This document shows positions 63,901 through 64,000 of a stretch of 64,000 nucleotides of DNA, piece by piece. Numbering within the stretch: the stretch's first letter is position 1; each line of letters starts with the position of its first letter. Origin of the DNA: Mantamonas sphyraenae STR306 (lineage: Eukaryota > Protista > CRuMs); the NCBI GenBank assembly GCA_026936335.1, contig JAPMXV010000051.1, positions 248,001-312,000 on the forward strand, given 5' to 3'. The position numbers and the translations under genes were made by a program. The notes under the pieces are model-generated. The model ran no database searches. It saw only the letters and a list, made by a program, of their open reading frames with translations, and was not told where the DNA came from.

Positions 63901-64000
63901 AAGGGAGGAAAGAAAGGAAAGCGCCAGTGCACGAGAAGAAAAGGCGTCGCAAGAGGGAGCGCAGCCAGGAGGGAGAGGCAGGCAAGAAGAGCGCGTCGGA

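Overview
GC-rich, very compact eukaryotic (protist-like) genomic DNA with short GT-AG introns that are often CA-rich; the organism cannot be assigned from sequence alone. The first 21.3 kb is one giant, intron-free surface-protein gene (>7,000 aa, 5' end outside the window) broken by about 7 frameshifts that look like single-base sequencing errors. From 28.2 kb onward there is a dense run of housekeeping genes: MDR oxidoreductase, SWSAP1-like, RING-UBC fusion, TDH, SEC23, two makorins, OSCA/TMEM63-like channel, V-ATPase A, SDR reductase, AP-1/2 beta, DEP-DUF547, BiP-like Hsp70, an 8xPH protein, SDHAF2 and a PAP/OAS1-type nucleotidyltransferase. The standout is a ~6.7-kb insertion between two convergent host genes (~21.47-28.19 kb). 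It carries a truncated IS630/Tc1-mariner transposase followed in frame by an uninterrupted ~1,850-aa ORF. The C-terminus of that ORF is a complete Fanzor/TnpB-type RuvC + zinc-finger nuclease, and structured non-coding segments sit at both ends of the element. It is a candidate giant Fanzor RNA-guided nuclease system with a putative omegaRNA.
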